Both the position numbers and the translations under genes were made by a program. A stretch of 64,000 nt of DNA from Bdellovibrionota bacterium (GTDB taxonomy: Bacteria > Bdellovibrionota_C > UBA2361 > JBIKWN01). The notes under the pieces were generated by a model. The model saw only the letters and a list, made by a program, of their open reading frames with translations. It had not been told where the DNA came from and did not search any database. Position 1 is the stretch's first letter. The number at the start of each line of letters is the position of its first letter. Below are positions 1-9,730 of the stretch, piece by piece. The stretch lies in contig JBIKWN010000008.1 of the NCBI GenBank assembly GCA_044356295.1, positions 1 to 64,000 on the forward strand, read 5' to 3'.

Positions 1-2
1 AG

Positions 3-33
3 TCCTTCGCGTACTTCGCGACCTTCGCGTTAC
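3..33. repeat. REP-like repeat arm (TCCTTCGCGTACTTCGCGACCTTCGCGTTAC); partner arm probably lies left of the window
   Basis: 31/31 identical to 52461-52491; internal CTTCGCG unit with 9-nt period. Confidence 0.85.
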
Positions 34-153
34 TAAAAATGTCTTTAATTACTTGCTACCGGACAGTAGTGCTCGAATGCTAGCTCACGCCTACGCTCAA
101 GCTCACGGTCACGGGGAACACAGTGCCAAAGACGGGACTTGCAGTATTGTTTT

Positions 154-173
154 GGGTTCAAGTCCCTGTGGGG
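154..173 (+). repeat. Inverted copy of the tRNA T-arm/acceptor 3' strand
   Basis: GGGTTCAAGTCCCTGTGGGG is the exact reverse complement of 205-224. Confidence 0.9.
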
Positions 174-201
174 AAATGATCTGAGAATAAATAAAAAAAT
201 A

Positions 202-275
<74 letters not shown>

Positions 276-299
276 ATAGCGTTGGGATAGGGGATAAAA

Positions 300-317
300 A
301 TAGCTTAGTTGGTCAGA
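300..317 (+). repeat. Inverted copy of the tRNA D-arm
   Basis: ATAGCTTAGTTGGTCAGA matches the reverse complement of 252-269 at 17/18. Confidence 0.85.
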
Positions 318-405
318 TATTTCAAATGCAGAAAGCCATTCTTCTGTTATTGAAATAATCAAGTGAATGCAGCGTGTTTAGGGGAAGAAAATCATTTGTC
401 AAACC

Positions 406-1176
406 ATGAGAAAGGGGGGTACAGTGATTACGATGAATGAGAATTTACTGCCTGCAATTATCGAATTAGCTGAAGTTGATAGTGTTATTGCCCGAGTAAC
501 AGGTGAAAAAAAGAAACTTGAAGCAGGTGCAGGAAAAAAGAAGCAAAGTTATTTAGACTTAATGAAGCTAGCTGATGCAAAGCTAAAAGCATTCAAAGAC
601 AAGAAAGCAGTCTATGACAAGGAAGAGCGATTTTTAAAAGAAGAGCGAGAGAAGATTACTGAGCGACGGAAAGGTCTTACTTCACACAACAATTACAAAG
701 TACAACAAGCAGCCGAAAAGGAATTGGATTTTTCAGTTCGTCAAATCAATCTGAAAGAAGAAGCGTTACTCGCAACTATTCCTGAATTTGAACAGCTAGA
801 AGCTGAATCAAAAGCAGCGTCTGAACTTGTGAAAGCAGATCGCAAAGAGTTAGAAGCTTTCCTTACTGAAGCCAAAGCCACGATGCCTTCGTTGGAAGAA
901 CGAATTAATCGACAGACTGCTCGCAGACAAGAGATTATCGTTACTATTGATCCCAAGCACTTGCTTTTTTACGACCGCGTTCGCAATCGTCATCCAATAG
1001 ATCCAGTAGTAGCAGTTAATGCACAGCAAGGTTGTGCTGGGTGTTTTATGACCGTTGGACCACAAATTATTGTTAAGATTTCTAAAAATGATTCTCTCAT
1101 TCAATGTCCTGGCTGCATGAGGATTCTTTATCTCTCGAATGAGCTAAAAGAGATCGCAGAAGCTAGTCACAAGTAG
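406..1176 (+). CDS. Coiled-coil protein with C-terminal C4 zinc ribbon (DUF164/CT398-like)
   Basis: Long coiled coil followed by CAGCFM...QCPGCMRILY. Confidence 0.85.
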   Translation: MRKGGTVITMNENLLPAIIELAEVDSVIARVTGEKKKLEAGAGKKKQSYLDLMKLADAKLKAFKDKKAVYDKEERFLKEEREKITERRKGLTSHNNYKVQQAAEKELDFSVRQINLKEEALLATIPEFEQLEAESKAASELVKADRKELEAFLTEAKATMPSLEERINRQTARRQEIIVTIDPKHLLFYDRVRNRHPIDPVVAVNAQQGCAGCFMTVGPQIIVKISKNDSLIQCPGCMRILYLSNELKEIAEASHK

Positions 1177-1210
1177 AATACGAAATAGCTCATAAGAATA
1201 ACGAGGAATC

Positions 1211-1978
1211 ATGAAGCTTCCAATAACAATAGTAATGCCTGCAAAAAATGAAGAAGAATCGATTGCAGCAGTATTGTGCCAATTAGCAACTTACAGTGAT
1301 GATGTTATTGTTATTGATGGGCACTCATTAGATCGGACAGTACAGGTGGCCACGAATCTTGGAGCACGCGTCATCAAAGATAATAAGAAAGGGAAAGGGG
1401 ATGCAGTTCGCATAGGCTTAGAGTACTCTAAAAGCCCCGTAACACTATTTATAGATGCGGATGGTTCACATGATCCAAAAGATATTCCAAAACTTGTTTT
1501 GCCAATATTAGAGGGTAAAGCCGATCTTGTTATTGGATCTAGAATGCGAGGTGGTAGTGATGAGTTATTCGGTACTATTTCTGAAGCTATTAGACTTGCA
1601 GGACAGGTTTTTATCACGCTAGTAATAAACTATAGGTTTGGTGTAAGAATGACTGACTATCAAAACGGTTTTCGTGCTATCCGAACATCTGTGGGGCAAG
1701 CATTAGTTATGCAAAGTAATTTGCCTACCATAGAACAGGAAATGGCGATGAAATGTTTACAGTACGGATATCGGGTGGAAGAGACTCCTTCTCATGAGTA
1801 TTCAAGAACCGGTGGTATTTCAAAAATTAATCCCCTTGAACTGGGGCATCGATTTGTTCTTTCACTTATTGCTGGGGTTTTTGTTTTTCGGAAAAAAAGC
1901 CCTACTGAAATCATTACCACTCGTATTGAGTATCCAGATTCAGAAGAATTCTTAACATCACTTAGAGTTGCTTCTTAG
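1211..1978 (+). CDS. GT2 glycosyltransferase, polyprenol-phosphate hexosyltransferase (DPM1/GtrB-like)
   Basis: PAKNEE, IDGHSLDRT, FIDADGSHDP, GSR, TDYQNGFRA motifs. Confidence 0.85.
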   Translation: MKLPITIVMPAKNEEESIAAVLCQLATYSDDVIVIDGHSLDRTVQVATNLGARVIKDNKKGKGDAVRIGLEYSKSPVTLFIDADGSHDPKDIPKLVLPILEGKADLVIGSRMRGGSDELFGTISEAIRLAGQVFITLVINYRFGVRMTDYQNGFRAIRTSVGQALVMQSNLPTIEQEMAMKCLQYGYRVEETPSHEYSRTGGISKINPLELGHRFVLSLIAGVFVFRKKSPTEIITTRIEYPDSEEFLTSLRVAS

Positions 1979-3623
1979 GATAGAGGTTGATCTGGTCAAG
2001 AAATTTTTTAAACTCTGAATATGTAGCAAAAACGTTAAGTTTTGCGTCTTTCAAATCAGAAAACTTTTTCCCATATTTATACGTTACAAAAAGCACAGAA
2101 TCTTTTGGAGCTTCCCAGCTTGAATCTGCATAGTAACCAATTACTTTTAGGTTATTGGACTCGGGTATTTCTTCAACTTTTTGACCAATTTGAATCATTC
2201 GACGATGGATTGGCCAAAGTCTTTGACTGACTCCCCAATCAGCTTGAAAATCTGAAATCGCTTGAGATTGATAGTGAGGAAAGAGTTGTGCTTGTTGTTC
2301 ACTGAGGTTGATAGTGACGATTGTAGTATGAATAGGAAGAATTTTCTGATCTATTTGACTCCAAATTTTTTGGTCGATACCTTTTTGATATTTCCAAATA
2401 CGATTTAATGTATACGTAGATAATGAAGACAGGTACATCACAAATACTACAATAGGTATCATTACCATTCGGAACCAAGATTTAGGTAAGCATTGAAGAA
2501 TAACTACTAATACCAAAATACATAATCCAAATATTGGAAATGCTGGGACAAAAAGATACCGCCATGAAGCACCTGGTCGTATCCCTGTAAGGGCTCCATA
2601 AATACATGGGGCTAGGCTAGCAAGTGCATAGATGAATAGAGCAGCTATTGTAATGACAGCTCGTTTGGTAGGGAGTTTCCAATCTGACTTTGAGCTCAGG
2701 AATAGGAAAACAAATCCAATTAATAATGACTCAATTATCGTTAATAGAATTGTTTTTAAGCCAAATGGCAGCGTACTAAAGGCATAAAACTCTGAATTTA
2801 AAGAAAGAGTTTGCCACAGAAAATCAAAGAATTGAACGAGATACAGATTAACCCGTTCCAGTGAATAGTCCATAGTGTTTTGCGTGACAGAGTAATCCAT
2901 CACAAATTTGATATAGAATAGTAGAGCAATACTTGATAAGGCTGTTGGAATAAGAACTCGTATCAGTTCAATTTTTCGAATTGAGTCTTTGTATAAAAGT
3001 AATTTTTCGAGAGTAAAAATACCAAAAGAAACGTAGAACATTAAGATTGTTTGCTCTCCAGAAAACTGTCCGCAGATTGTTACAAGTGAAAGAATAGTTA
3101 TATGTAAAAACAAATTCTTTATTGGAAAAGTAAGCATATAGAGCTGAAGTATTAACAAGAATACTGGAATCGAAAAAAACCAGTTATTAAGCCAAAAAAG
3201 GACATTAGTATTTGCTGGAGCAACTAAATAGATGCAACTCAATATTGTTGAAATTGCGGGTGCTTTTAAATGTTTGTTAAGAACTGAGAATAGAAGAACT
3301 GATGAAATAAAGTGCCAGGTTAGTATGAATAAGTAGTAGGGGACATAGTTAAACCTGTCTACAGATCCAACAGCGATCTGAATAAGCCATGAGAAGAAAA
3401 AGATACGACTCTGATTCATTCCTATCCAACGATTTGTGATTATATCAATTAAAAATGAAAAAGGGTTGTTGCTACTTAGTCCCCGGCTAAAATTACTGAT
3501 AGACGACCAATCATCCCTCACTAATCGTAAGGCGTTAAAACCAAATAGAAATACGAGAATGAAGAGAGCAAAGAGTAGAACTTTGAAATACCAATGATTT
3601 GGTTCTGCCTTAGATTCGTTCAT
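1962..3623 (-). CDS. Polytopic membrane protein, probable GT-C fold glycosyltransferase
   Basis: Many TM segments, DDW acidic motif after TM1, soluble C-terminal domain; adjacent to GT2. Confidence 0.5.
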   Translation of the reverse strand: MNESKAEPNHWYFKVLLFALFILVFLFGFNALRLVRDDWSSISNFSRGLSSNNPFSFLIDIITNRWIGMNQSRIFFFSWLIQIAVGSVDRFNYVPYYLFILTWHFISSVLLFSVLNKHLKAPAISTILSCIYLVAPANTNVLFWLNNWFFSIPVFLLILQLYMLTFPIKNLFLHITILSLVTICGQFSGEQTILMFYVSFGIFTLEKLLLYKDSIRKIELIRVLIPTALSSIALLFYIKFVMDYSVTQNTMDYSLERVNLYLVQFFDFLWQTLSLNSEFYAFSTLPFGLKTILLTIIESLLIGFVFLFLSSKSDWKLPTKRAVITIAALFIYALASLAPCIYGALTGIRPGASWRYLFVPAFPIFGLCILVLVVILQCLPKSWFRMVMIPIVVFVMYLSSLSTYTLNRIWKYQKGIDQKIWSQIDQKILPIHTTIVTINLSEQQAQLFPHYQSQAISDFQADWGVSQRLWPIHRRMIQIGQKVEEIPESNNLKVIGYYADSSWEAPKDSVLFVTYKYGKKFSDLKDAKLNVFATYSEFKKFLDQINLYPKKQL

Positions 3624-3733
3624 ATCATTAAAAATTAAAAAACTGTTATCGAGCTTTATTGGGGTATTTAGTTAATCTACGCAGTGTCTTGTTATTTTAC
3701 AATACTAAGTCATATATTTTAATTGCCTAGATA

Positions 3734-4918
3734 CTATGATTTGACAATTTCTCTGACGAATTTCCAATACGTAAAAAATCCCGATGACTTAGGAAAAAAT
3801 GATAGGGTATCCCAACGGCGATTTGCAAAAATGATTTGTTGGAAAAATTTGCAATCCGACAAGATCGCTAGGAACCGGTCCTTACAACTGCCTGTAAAAG
3901 GCATAAATGCGACTATAGAATTTGATACATTGGTATCCAGTATTTTTTCTAACTCAATTGTCGAATTACAAAAAAAGACTTCTTTTGCATGTATGGACAT
4001 ACGCATTCGTGCATCATGAAGAGCTGCTTCACGAAAAACCTTGCTACGTTGAGGCTCTTCATAAAAAGTAGGTATGAAAATAATTATCGATTTTTTTAGT
4101 GTTGATTCAGGAATAATGAATTCAAGTGACAATTCTTCTTCGTTAATTAATATAAAATAGCACTCATCATTGAATGTAAAATCTTTTATTGGTTGTGGGT
4201 TTTTGATTTCACAAACGTCTTGTTCCTCAATAGTATAAGGTATTGAAGCAAGTGTTCTATGCCCACTATTAAAAGCGCTACCAGTGAAAAGCGAAATATT
4301 TTCTGGTTTTGCAAGGTAGGATTTACCTTTTGTATGAAGTCCTGCTACCCATCGCCACGACAATGTATTTGAGGCTGGATCAGCATCATACAAATGTTTC
4401 ATAAAGAGCTGGGCACCGTACTGCCATGGAAGTTGTAATGTATGAATCCAGATCGAAGCGAAATACATTCTTATATGGTTGTGCAAATAACCAGTTTCTT
4501 TAAGTTGGATTACCCATTCATTAAATGTAGGTATTTCTGTTTGAGCATTTTCGGACAACGTTATCTCTTTAAGTATTGATGGTGAGAGTGAAACCGACAA
4601 GAAATGACTGTATTGGCTCCAAATGTGTGGATGCAGTTCTAGCCAGTTTTTCCAGTAGCTACGCCAACAAACTTCTTGTATAAATTTTTCTGCAATCTGT
4701 AAGGAATATTTCTCTAGAACTGTACTTATGACTTCTTCCTCGGAAATAAGACGTAAACGAATATACGGTGAAAGTGTTGATACCTCTTTAAGAGAAGGTG
4801 TAACAAAATTTCTTTTAGAACTATAGTATGGGATCTGGTTAAGAAAAGAATTTAATTGATTCAATCCATGAGACCGCGTTGGAGTAAATTCAAGTTTAGG
4901 ATTCATGAATATTTTCAA
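3734..4918 (-). CDS. Short DNA photolyase with N-terminal FAD-binding domain (NewPHL-like inverted domain order)
   Basis: STLSPY, KFIQEVCWR, TGYLHNHIRMYFASIW, DADPASNTLSWRWVAG all in the first ~200 aa. Confidence 0.8.
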   Translation of the reverse strand: MKIFMNPKLEFTPTRSHGLNQLNSFLNQIPYYSSKRNFVTPSLKEVSTLSPYIRLRLISEEEVISTVLEKYSLQIAEKFIQEVCWRSYWKNWLELHPHIWSQYSHFLSVSLSPSILKEITLSENAQTEIPTFNEWVIQLKETGYLHNHIRMYFASIWIHTLQLPWQYGAQLFMKHLYDADPASNTLSWRWVAGLHTKGKSYLAKPENISLFTGSAFNSGHRTLASIPYTIEEQDVCEIKNPQPIKDFTFNDECYFILINEEELSLEFIIPESTLKKSIIIFIPTFYEEPQRSKVFREAALHDARMRMSIHAKEVFFCNSTIELEKILDTNVSNSIVAFMPFTGSCKDRFLAILSDCKFFQQIIFANRRWDTLSFFPKSSGFFTYWKFVREIVKS

Positions 4919-5381
4919 CAGCAGTTTTCCTCAAAAGCTTTGATGCATATTGTGCATCTTCAAAAGTCAGTATCCACCTATCAAATTTATTATTCGAAAG
5001 CTTCAGGGCAATAAGAATGTCTAAAAACTTTTTATTAATAGAAGAAGATTGAGATTCAAATTTAGATGACGAGGTATCTTTTAAAGCTTCATCTGGATGA
5101 CGAACTATCAGATCAAAACTGCCATCAAATGTTCTAATAATACTTATAAAAAGTCGCCCTGTTGCACAACAAAAATTAAAGTATGTATTAATTAATGCAG
5201 GATTGAGGGCAGAGAGCGACCACATGTGTCCATGAGCTTTTGCTCGTTCAAACAGTGCTCGTTCAGTGTTATTTAAACGATGCGGTATTCGGCGACTTCC
5301 TTTTTTGGATGAGCTTCTCTTCCCATACGAAAGTCGCTCTACATCGTCTAAGGATAATCCTTGTGTGCTTTTTCTAGTCAT
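4896..5381 (-). CDS. Hypothetical protein, co-oriented with and overlapping the photolyase gene
   Basis: 161-aa ORF whose stop overlaps the photolyase start region. Confidence 0.65.
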   Translation of the reverse strand: MTRKSTQGLSLDDVERLSYGKRSSSKKGSRRIPHRLNNTERALFERAKAHGHMWSLSALNPALINTYFNFCCATGRLFISIIRTFDGSFDLIVRHPDEALKDTSSSKFESQSSSINKKFLDILIALKLSNNKFDRWILTFEDAQYASKLLRKTAVENIHES

Positions 5382-5446
5382 ACCATATCCTCATGGGATA
5401 AGGTTATCTGTGCAAGCACGTGCAATCAATAAGCTCACCAATGATT

Positions 5447-5455
5447 TTATCCACA
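5447..5455 (+). promoter_or_regulatory. Consensus DnaA box (TTATCCACA) in the divergent photolyase promoter region
   Basis: Exact 9-mer; a single copy could be chance. Confidence 0.35.
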
Positions 5456-5533
5456 ATGCTCATAGACTGTGGGCTATATTTTACTGTAGTAAATAATGAC
5501 ATACATAATTCAAACGTATTACTATTGTCTGCT

Positions 5534-5677
5534 ATGGCAAAGCACAGAAAGAAATCTGAACTTCCTCAGAAATACTGCGCTCATTGTTTGCGTCCATTTA
5601 CTTGGCGCAAAAAATGGAAGAACTGTTGGCATCTTGTTATGTACTGTAGTGAACGGTGTAAAAGGACAAAGGGATGA
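5534..5677 (+). CDS. DUF2256 small Cys-rich protein
   Basis: KYCAHCLRPFTWRKKW...YCSERCK; ATG 5534 preferred over 5420; ATGA overlap with the next gene. Confidence 0.85.
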   Translation: MAKHRKKSELPQKYCAHCLRPFTWRKKWKNCWHLVMYCSERCKRTKG

Positions 5678-7113
5678 AAGCTTGTCTTCTCTATCCTCAT
5701 CAACTTTTTGAACCAACAGTACTGCCTTTTTCAGATCTCTATGTCCTGGTAGAGGAACCACTTTATTTTACCCAATACAGATTTCATAAGAAAAAGTTAA
5801 TTTTTCACCGCAGTTCAATGAAAGCGTATGAATTAGAATTACAAAACGCTGGAAAGAAAGTTTTATATGTTGAGTCAAAGCATATTCAAAAAACCTCTGA
5901 CATTAAAACGATACTACTAACTCGCAATATTACTGAAATTGTTTACTTTGAATTTGATGACTATTTGTTAACCAAACGATTAAAGAAAGCACTTTCTTCT
6001 ATCCCTGCTGAAATTCTTTCACATCCATACTTTTTACTGTCGACTGAAGAAATTCAAAGTTACACCACCAAAAAAGATTTTTTCTTTTTTCACGATTTTT
6101 ATATTGATCAACGAAAAAAGCACAATATTTTAATTAATCAAATGAAACCAGAAGGTGGTCAGTGGAGTTTTGATAAAGAGAATAGAAAAAAATTACCTAA
6201 AAATATAACTGTTCCGACGATACCCTCTTACACTGCTTCTATTGATGAGAATACTATTTTGACGGATTTTCCTGATCATTATGGTTCGATCGAGGGATTC
6301 CATTTTCCAACAACACGCCAAGAAGCCCGTCATGCGTTAAAGAAATTTGTAGCTGAACGGTTTCAAGAGTTTGGCCCTTATGAGGACGCTATAGATACGA
6401 AAGAAAGTTTCCTCTTTCATTCAATCCTCTCAATTCCTCTTAACGTTGGGCTTCTTTCTGTGCAAGAAGTACTCAATGAAGTTTTATCTGCAGATGTCTC
6501 TCTATCTTCTAAAGAAGGTTTTATTAGACAGCTGATAGGTTGGAGAGAGTTTATTAGACTTCTGTATCATAGGATTGGCACGCAACAAAGGAATTCTAAT
6601 ATACTGCAACATAATTATTCACTTCCAGCGAGTTTCTATGATGGAACAACTGGAATTTTACCTGTGGATACGGTTATTCGCCGAGTACTAAAAGAAGGAT
6701 ACTGCCATCATATTGAGCGGTTAATGGTTTTAGGAAACTTTATGTTGCTTTGTGAAATACATCCTAACCATGTTTATCAATGGTTTATGGAATTATTTCT
6801 CGATGCATATGATTGGGTGATGGTAGCAAATGTCTACGGGATGAGTCAGTTTGCAGATGGTGGATTAATGGCAACGAAACCTTATATTAGTGGCTCTAGT
6901 TACATATTAAAAATGAGTAATTATCCAAAAGGCAGTTGGTGCGAAATTTGGGATGCACTGTACTGGAGGTTTATCGATCGTCATCAAGAACGTTTGAAAT
7001 CAAATCATCGCATGTCGATGATGATTGCAATGCATGGTAAACTTAAAAAATCTGGAGTACTTGAAAAACATTTAACGGTAGCGAATTCATTTCTTCAAAA
7101 ACTTCATCAATAA
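5674..7113 (+). CDS. Bacterial (6-4) photolyase/cryptochrome (PhrB/CryB, COG3046 family), apparently without the Fe-S cluster
   Basis: HKKKLIFHRSSM, GGQWSFDKENRK, GYCHHIERLM, DAYDWVM..NV.GMSQFADGG..ATKPY. Confidence 0.9.
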   Translation: MKACLLYPHQLFEPTVLPFSDLYVLVEEPLYFTQYRFHKKKLIFHRSSMKAYELELQNAGKKVLYVESKHIQKTSDIKTILLTRNITEIVYFEFDDYLLTKRLKKALSSIPAEILSHPYFLLSTEEIQSYTTKKDFFFFHDFYIDQRKKHNILINQMKPEGGQWSFDKENRKKLPKNITVPTIPSYTASIDENTILTDFPDHYGSIEGFHFPTTRQEARHALKKFVAERFQEFGPYEDAIDTKESFLFHSILSIPLNVGLLSVQEVLNEVLSADVSLSSKEGFIRQLIGWREFIRLLYHRIGTQQRNSNILQHNYSLPASFYDGTTGILPVDTVIRRVLKEGYCHHIERLMVLGNFMLLCEIHPNHVYQWFMELFLDAYDWVMVANVYGMSQFADGGLMATKPYISGSSYILKMSNYPKGSWCEIWDALYWRFIDRHQERLKSNHRMSMMIAMHGKLKKSGVLEKHLTVANSFLQKLHQ

Positions 7114-7142
7114 TATAAGCAGAATAAAAATGATTATCCTGT

Positions 7143-8468
7143 TTAACGAAGCATTATGAATCCTTTGATAATGCCCGAAACAACTGAGGGGAGTCTTAAA
7201 ATTCTTTTTGGATGATAACAAACAGTCAATAGCCACTCGATTCCAAGAGTATGTATTGGTGTAGGAAATAGCTTTTTATCCCCATAGAGTGCATCGAAAC
7301 TGCCGCCAACGAGTATTATGAGTGCATCTGGAAGGTATCGTGTTAACAGTTGCCCTCTAATCTCTTGCTCTGGACTATGTTGGCAAATAAATACAATCGT
7401 GGGGTTGTATTCTAAAATTTCAGTTATTGCATTTTTAATGCTTATTTCGCCATCATATCCACTGATATGTTTCCAAGGACACCCATATGATTGGTACGTT
7501 GTTCGATTCATCCCCCATACCAAAATCTTAGATTCTTTATTATGAGTGAGTATACACTGAGTGATATCAACTCCTCGTAATCGGGTTGTTCCCCAAAAGC
7601 GAGGAAGGATCTTAACTCCCAGTCCATCGATAAGTCCTTGTTTTATCTTGAATGGATTGGATTTTAGATTATTTATTACGATTGGATTAAATGAGTAAAG
7701 AAGACCACATTGAGGAACTTTTACTACACCTTGCCAACGAAGAGCCCACTTAAGAATCCTTTTATTTCTATTCTTGAGTTGAATTCGTTTCTTAATACTG
7801 AGATTTTTAGTCCATTCAGTATAGTTAATTATCTTGCTGTTATTATCTGGAAATTGAACGGGAATATCGCACTGATGAGCTGCAATGACAATATGTAGTC
7901 TATCGGTTGATATAAAAGAGGTATGCTGCTTGTTGTTGAGTAATGTGAGATGCCCAGATTGGAATAAAGATAATTTTTTTTCACTCGATGAGTACTGGAA
8001 AAGATTGAGGCTTCCTTCACAGAGATCAGCAGATTTAATTAAGCGTACAAATCTTGGATGAGTACCGTCTCTGGAACACCAAACCATGCGACCAGCAATA
8101 ATATTTAGAAAAAATTGTTCATATTGAGTGAGTGGACCAATGCCCTGAGAAAGAGCAATAAGAGGCTTACAACAAATTCTAGCTACAAATAGTAAACTGA
8201 GATAAAAATAAAAACTTTTTTTTGAAGTTAAGGATTGAAATAGATTGCCATTTCCAAAAACTATAAGTTCTGCTCTGAACAAATATAAATAATTTAATAA
8301 TAAGTTCTTAATGGTACGAGGGCTCAGAGACGTAATCACTTCATGGTGAGGAGCGATTTCATTCATCCAGGATTTTAAAACTCCTAGGCTCACCTCATCG
8401 CCCAAATTAGAATGGCCATAGTATCCAATACAAAATATCGTTGGGGAACGTTTATAAGGAATCGTCAT
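7143..8468 (-). CDS. Fusion of CsaB-like polysaccharide pyruvyltransferase (N-terminal) and WecG/TagA/CpsF glycosyltransferase (C-terminal)
   Basis: N: GYYGHSNLGDE, LFQSLTS..SFYFY, QGIGPL, RLH. C: DGLG, RLRGVD, PEQE, VGGSFD, GIEWL. Confidence 0.75.
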   Translation of the reverse strand: MTIPYKRSPTIFCIGYYGHSNLGDEVSLGVLKSWMNEIAPHHEVITSLSPRTIKNLLLNYLYLFRAELIVFGNGNLFQSLTSKKSFYFYLSLLFVARICCKPLIALSQGIGPLTQYEQFFLNIIAGRMVWCSRDGTHPRFVRLIKSADLCEGSLNLFQYSSSEKKLSLFQSGHLTLLNNKQHTSFISTDRLHIVIAAHQCDIPVQFPDNNSKIINYTEWTKNLSIKKRIQLKNRNKRILKWALRWQGVVKVPQCGLLYSFNPIVINNLKSNPFKIKQGLIDGLGVKILPRFWGTTRLRGVDITQCILTHNKESKILVWGMNRTTYQSYGCPWKHISGYDGEISIKNAITEILEYNPTIVFICQHSPEQEIRGQLLTRYLPDALIILVGGSFDALYGDKKLFPTPIHTLGIEWLLTVCYHPKRILRLPSVVSGIIKGFIMLR

Positions 8469-8551
8469 GGTTGCTTTGTAGGAGTAAGAGGAGATTGGCT
8501 ATATAATTGGACATATGTAAGATTGCCTATTATTGTTTGTGCTAATTAAAT

Positions 8552-9655
8552 ATGACAGCCAATAAAAAAAGAGTATTTTGCATATTTGGAACCAGACCTG
8601 AATCTATCAAACTCTTTCCGGTTGTCCAAGAATTACATAGGTCAAAATCCTTCTCTGCGGTTGCAGTTTGTGTGCACCAACAAGCTGATTTATTAAAGCA
8701 TACACTGAAGTTTTTTAATGAAACTCCATTGATAGAAGTTCCTTGTGACCGTAAGGCAGGAGACCTCATAGAATTAACGAACATTCTATTGGCAAAATTT
8801 GGTGAGCTTTTATCTTCTGAACAACCTGATCTAATTCTTGTCCAGGGAGACACCTCCACAGCATTTTGCGCTTCTCTTGCAGCATTTTATTTAGGTATTC
8901 CATTAGGTCATATTGAAGCAGGACTTCGAACATTTGAACCAGACAACCCTTATCCCGAAGAAGCTCATCGCTCTATGATAACAAATCTTGCCCGATGGCA
9001 CTTTTGTCCGTCTTCCATTGCATACGAAAATATTCTTAAAGCTGGCATAGACTCTAAAAATGTTCTTATGTGTGGAAATACAGTGATTGATGCCCTGCAA
9101 ACAATTGAGGTAGATGTTGGTCTCGAAAAAGATACGATTGAAAATACTGCCCAGTATTTTGTGATCACTGTCCATAGACGTGAGAATCGGGTACACGTTC
9201 CCGGAACATTTGAACAATTAATAATAGCATTATTAAACAAGTTCCCATCGCATGATGTGGTATGGGTGACACATCCATCTTGGACGACGGATATGATTAA
9301 TAGTGTTTTGCCTAATGAAAAACGTTTGATAAAACAGCCACCCCTTTCTTATGAACAATTTATTAGTTTGATCAAAGATGCAGCGCTCGTTTTAACTGAC
9401 TCAGGTGGAGTACAAGAAGAGATAACTTCACTCGGAGTCCCTGGTATAATTTTAAGGGAGATTACTGATAGACCTGAAAGCTTGAATTTAGATTACATCA
9501 AAGTTTTAGGTTGGTCTGTTGAGCAGATTGTACAAGGTGCTTATGAGCTCGTTGAATCTCAATCAAAACAAAAGCATGCAGCAAGTCAACTATTTGGTGA
9601 TGGAAATGCTTCTGGAAGAATTGTTTCCTTTTTAGAAAATCTTTATAGAGGATAA
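8552..9655 (+). CDS. wecB: UDP-N-acetylglucosamine 2-epimerase (non-hydrolysing)
   Basis: FGTRPESIK, VQGDT, HIEAGLRT, PEE, HRREN, TDSGGVQEE. Confidence 0.92.
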   Translation: MTANKKRVFCIFGTRPESIKLFPVVQELHRSKSFSAVAVCVHQQADLLKHTLKFFNETPLIEVPCDRKAGDLIELTNILLAKFGELLSSEQPDLILVQGDTSTAFCASLAAFYLGIPLGHIEAGLRTFEPDNPYPEEAHRSMITNLARWHFCPSSIAYENILKAGIDSKNVLMCGNTVIDALQTIEVDVGLEKDTIENTAQYFVITVHRRENRVHVPGTFEQLIIALLNKFPSHDVVWVTHPSWTTDMINSVLPNEKRLIKQPPLSYEQFISLIKDAALVLTDSGGVQEEITSLGVPGIILREITDRPESLNLDYIKVLGWSVEQIVQGAYELVESQSKQKHAASQLFGDGNASGRIVSFLENLYRG

Positions 9656-9730
9656 ATTTTGAACTTTAGATTAGTCTTCTGAATTTTTGATTATTAATTG
9701 ACCAGTCGAAATTAGAAACAAAAAAGCACA

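Noticed and set aside
79..113. Degenerate hexamer run (GCTCAC GCCTAC GCTCAA GCTCAC GGTCAC)
   Set aside because: Short and degenerate with no partner arm in the window; cannot be assigned a function.
5395..5475. Replication origin
   Set aside because: Only one perfect DnaA box and no dnaA/dnaN/gidA context.
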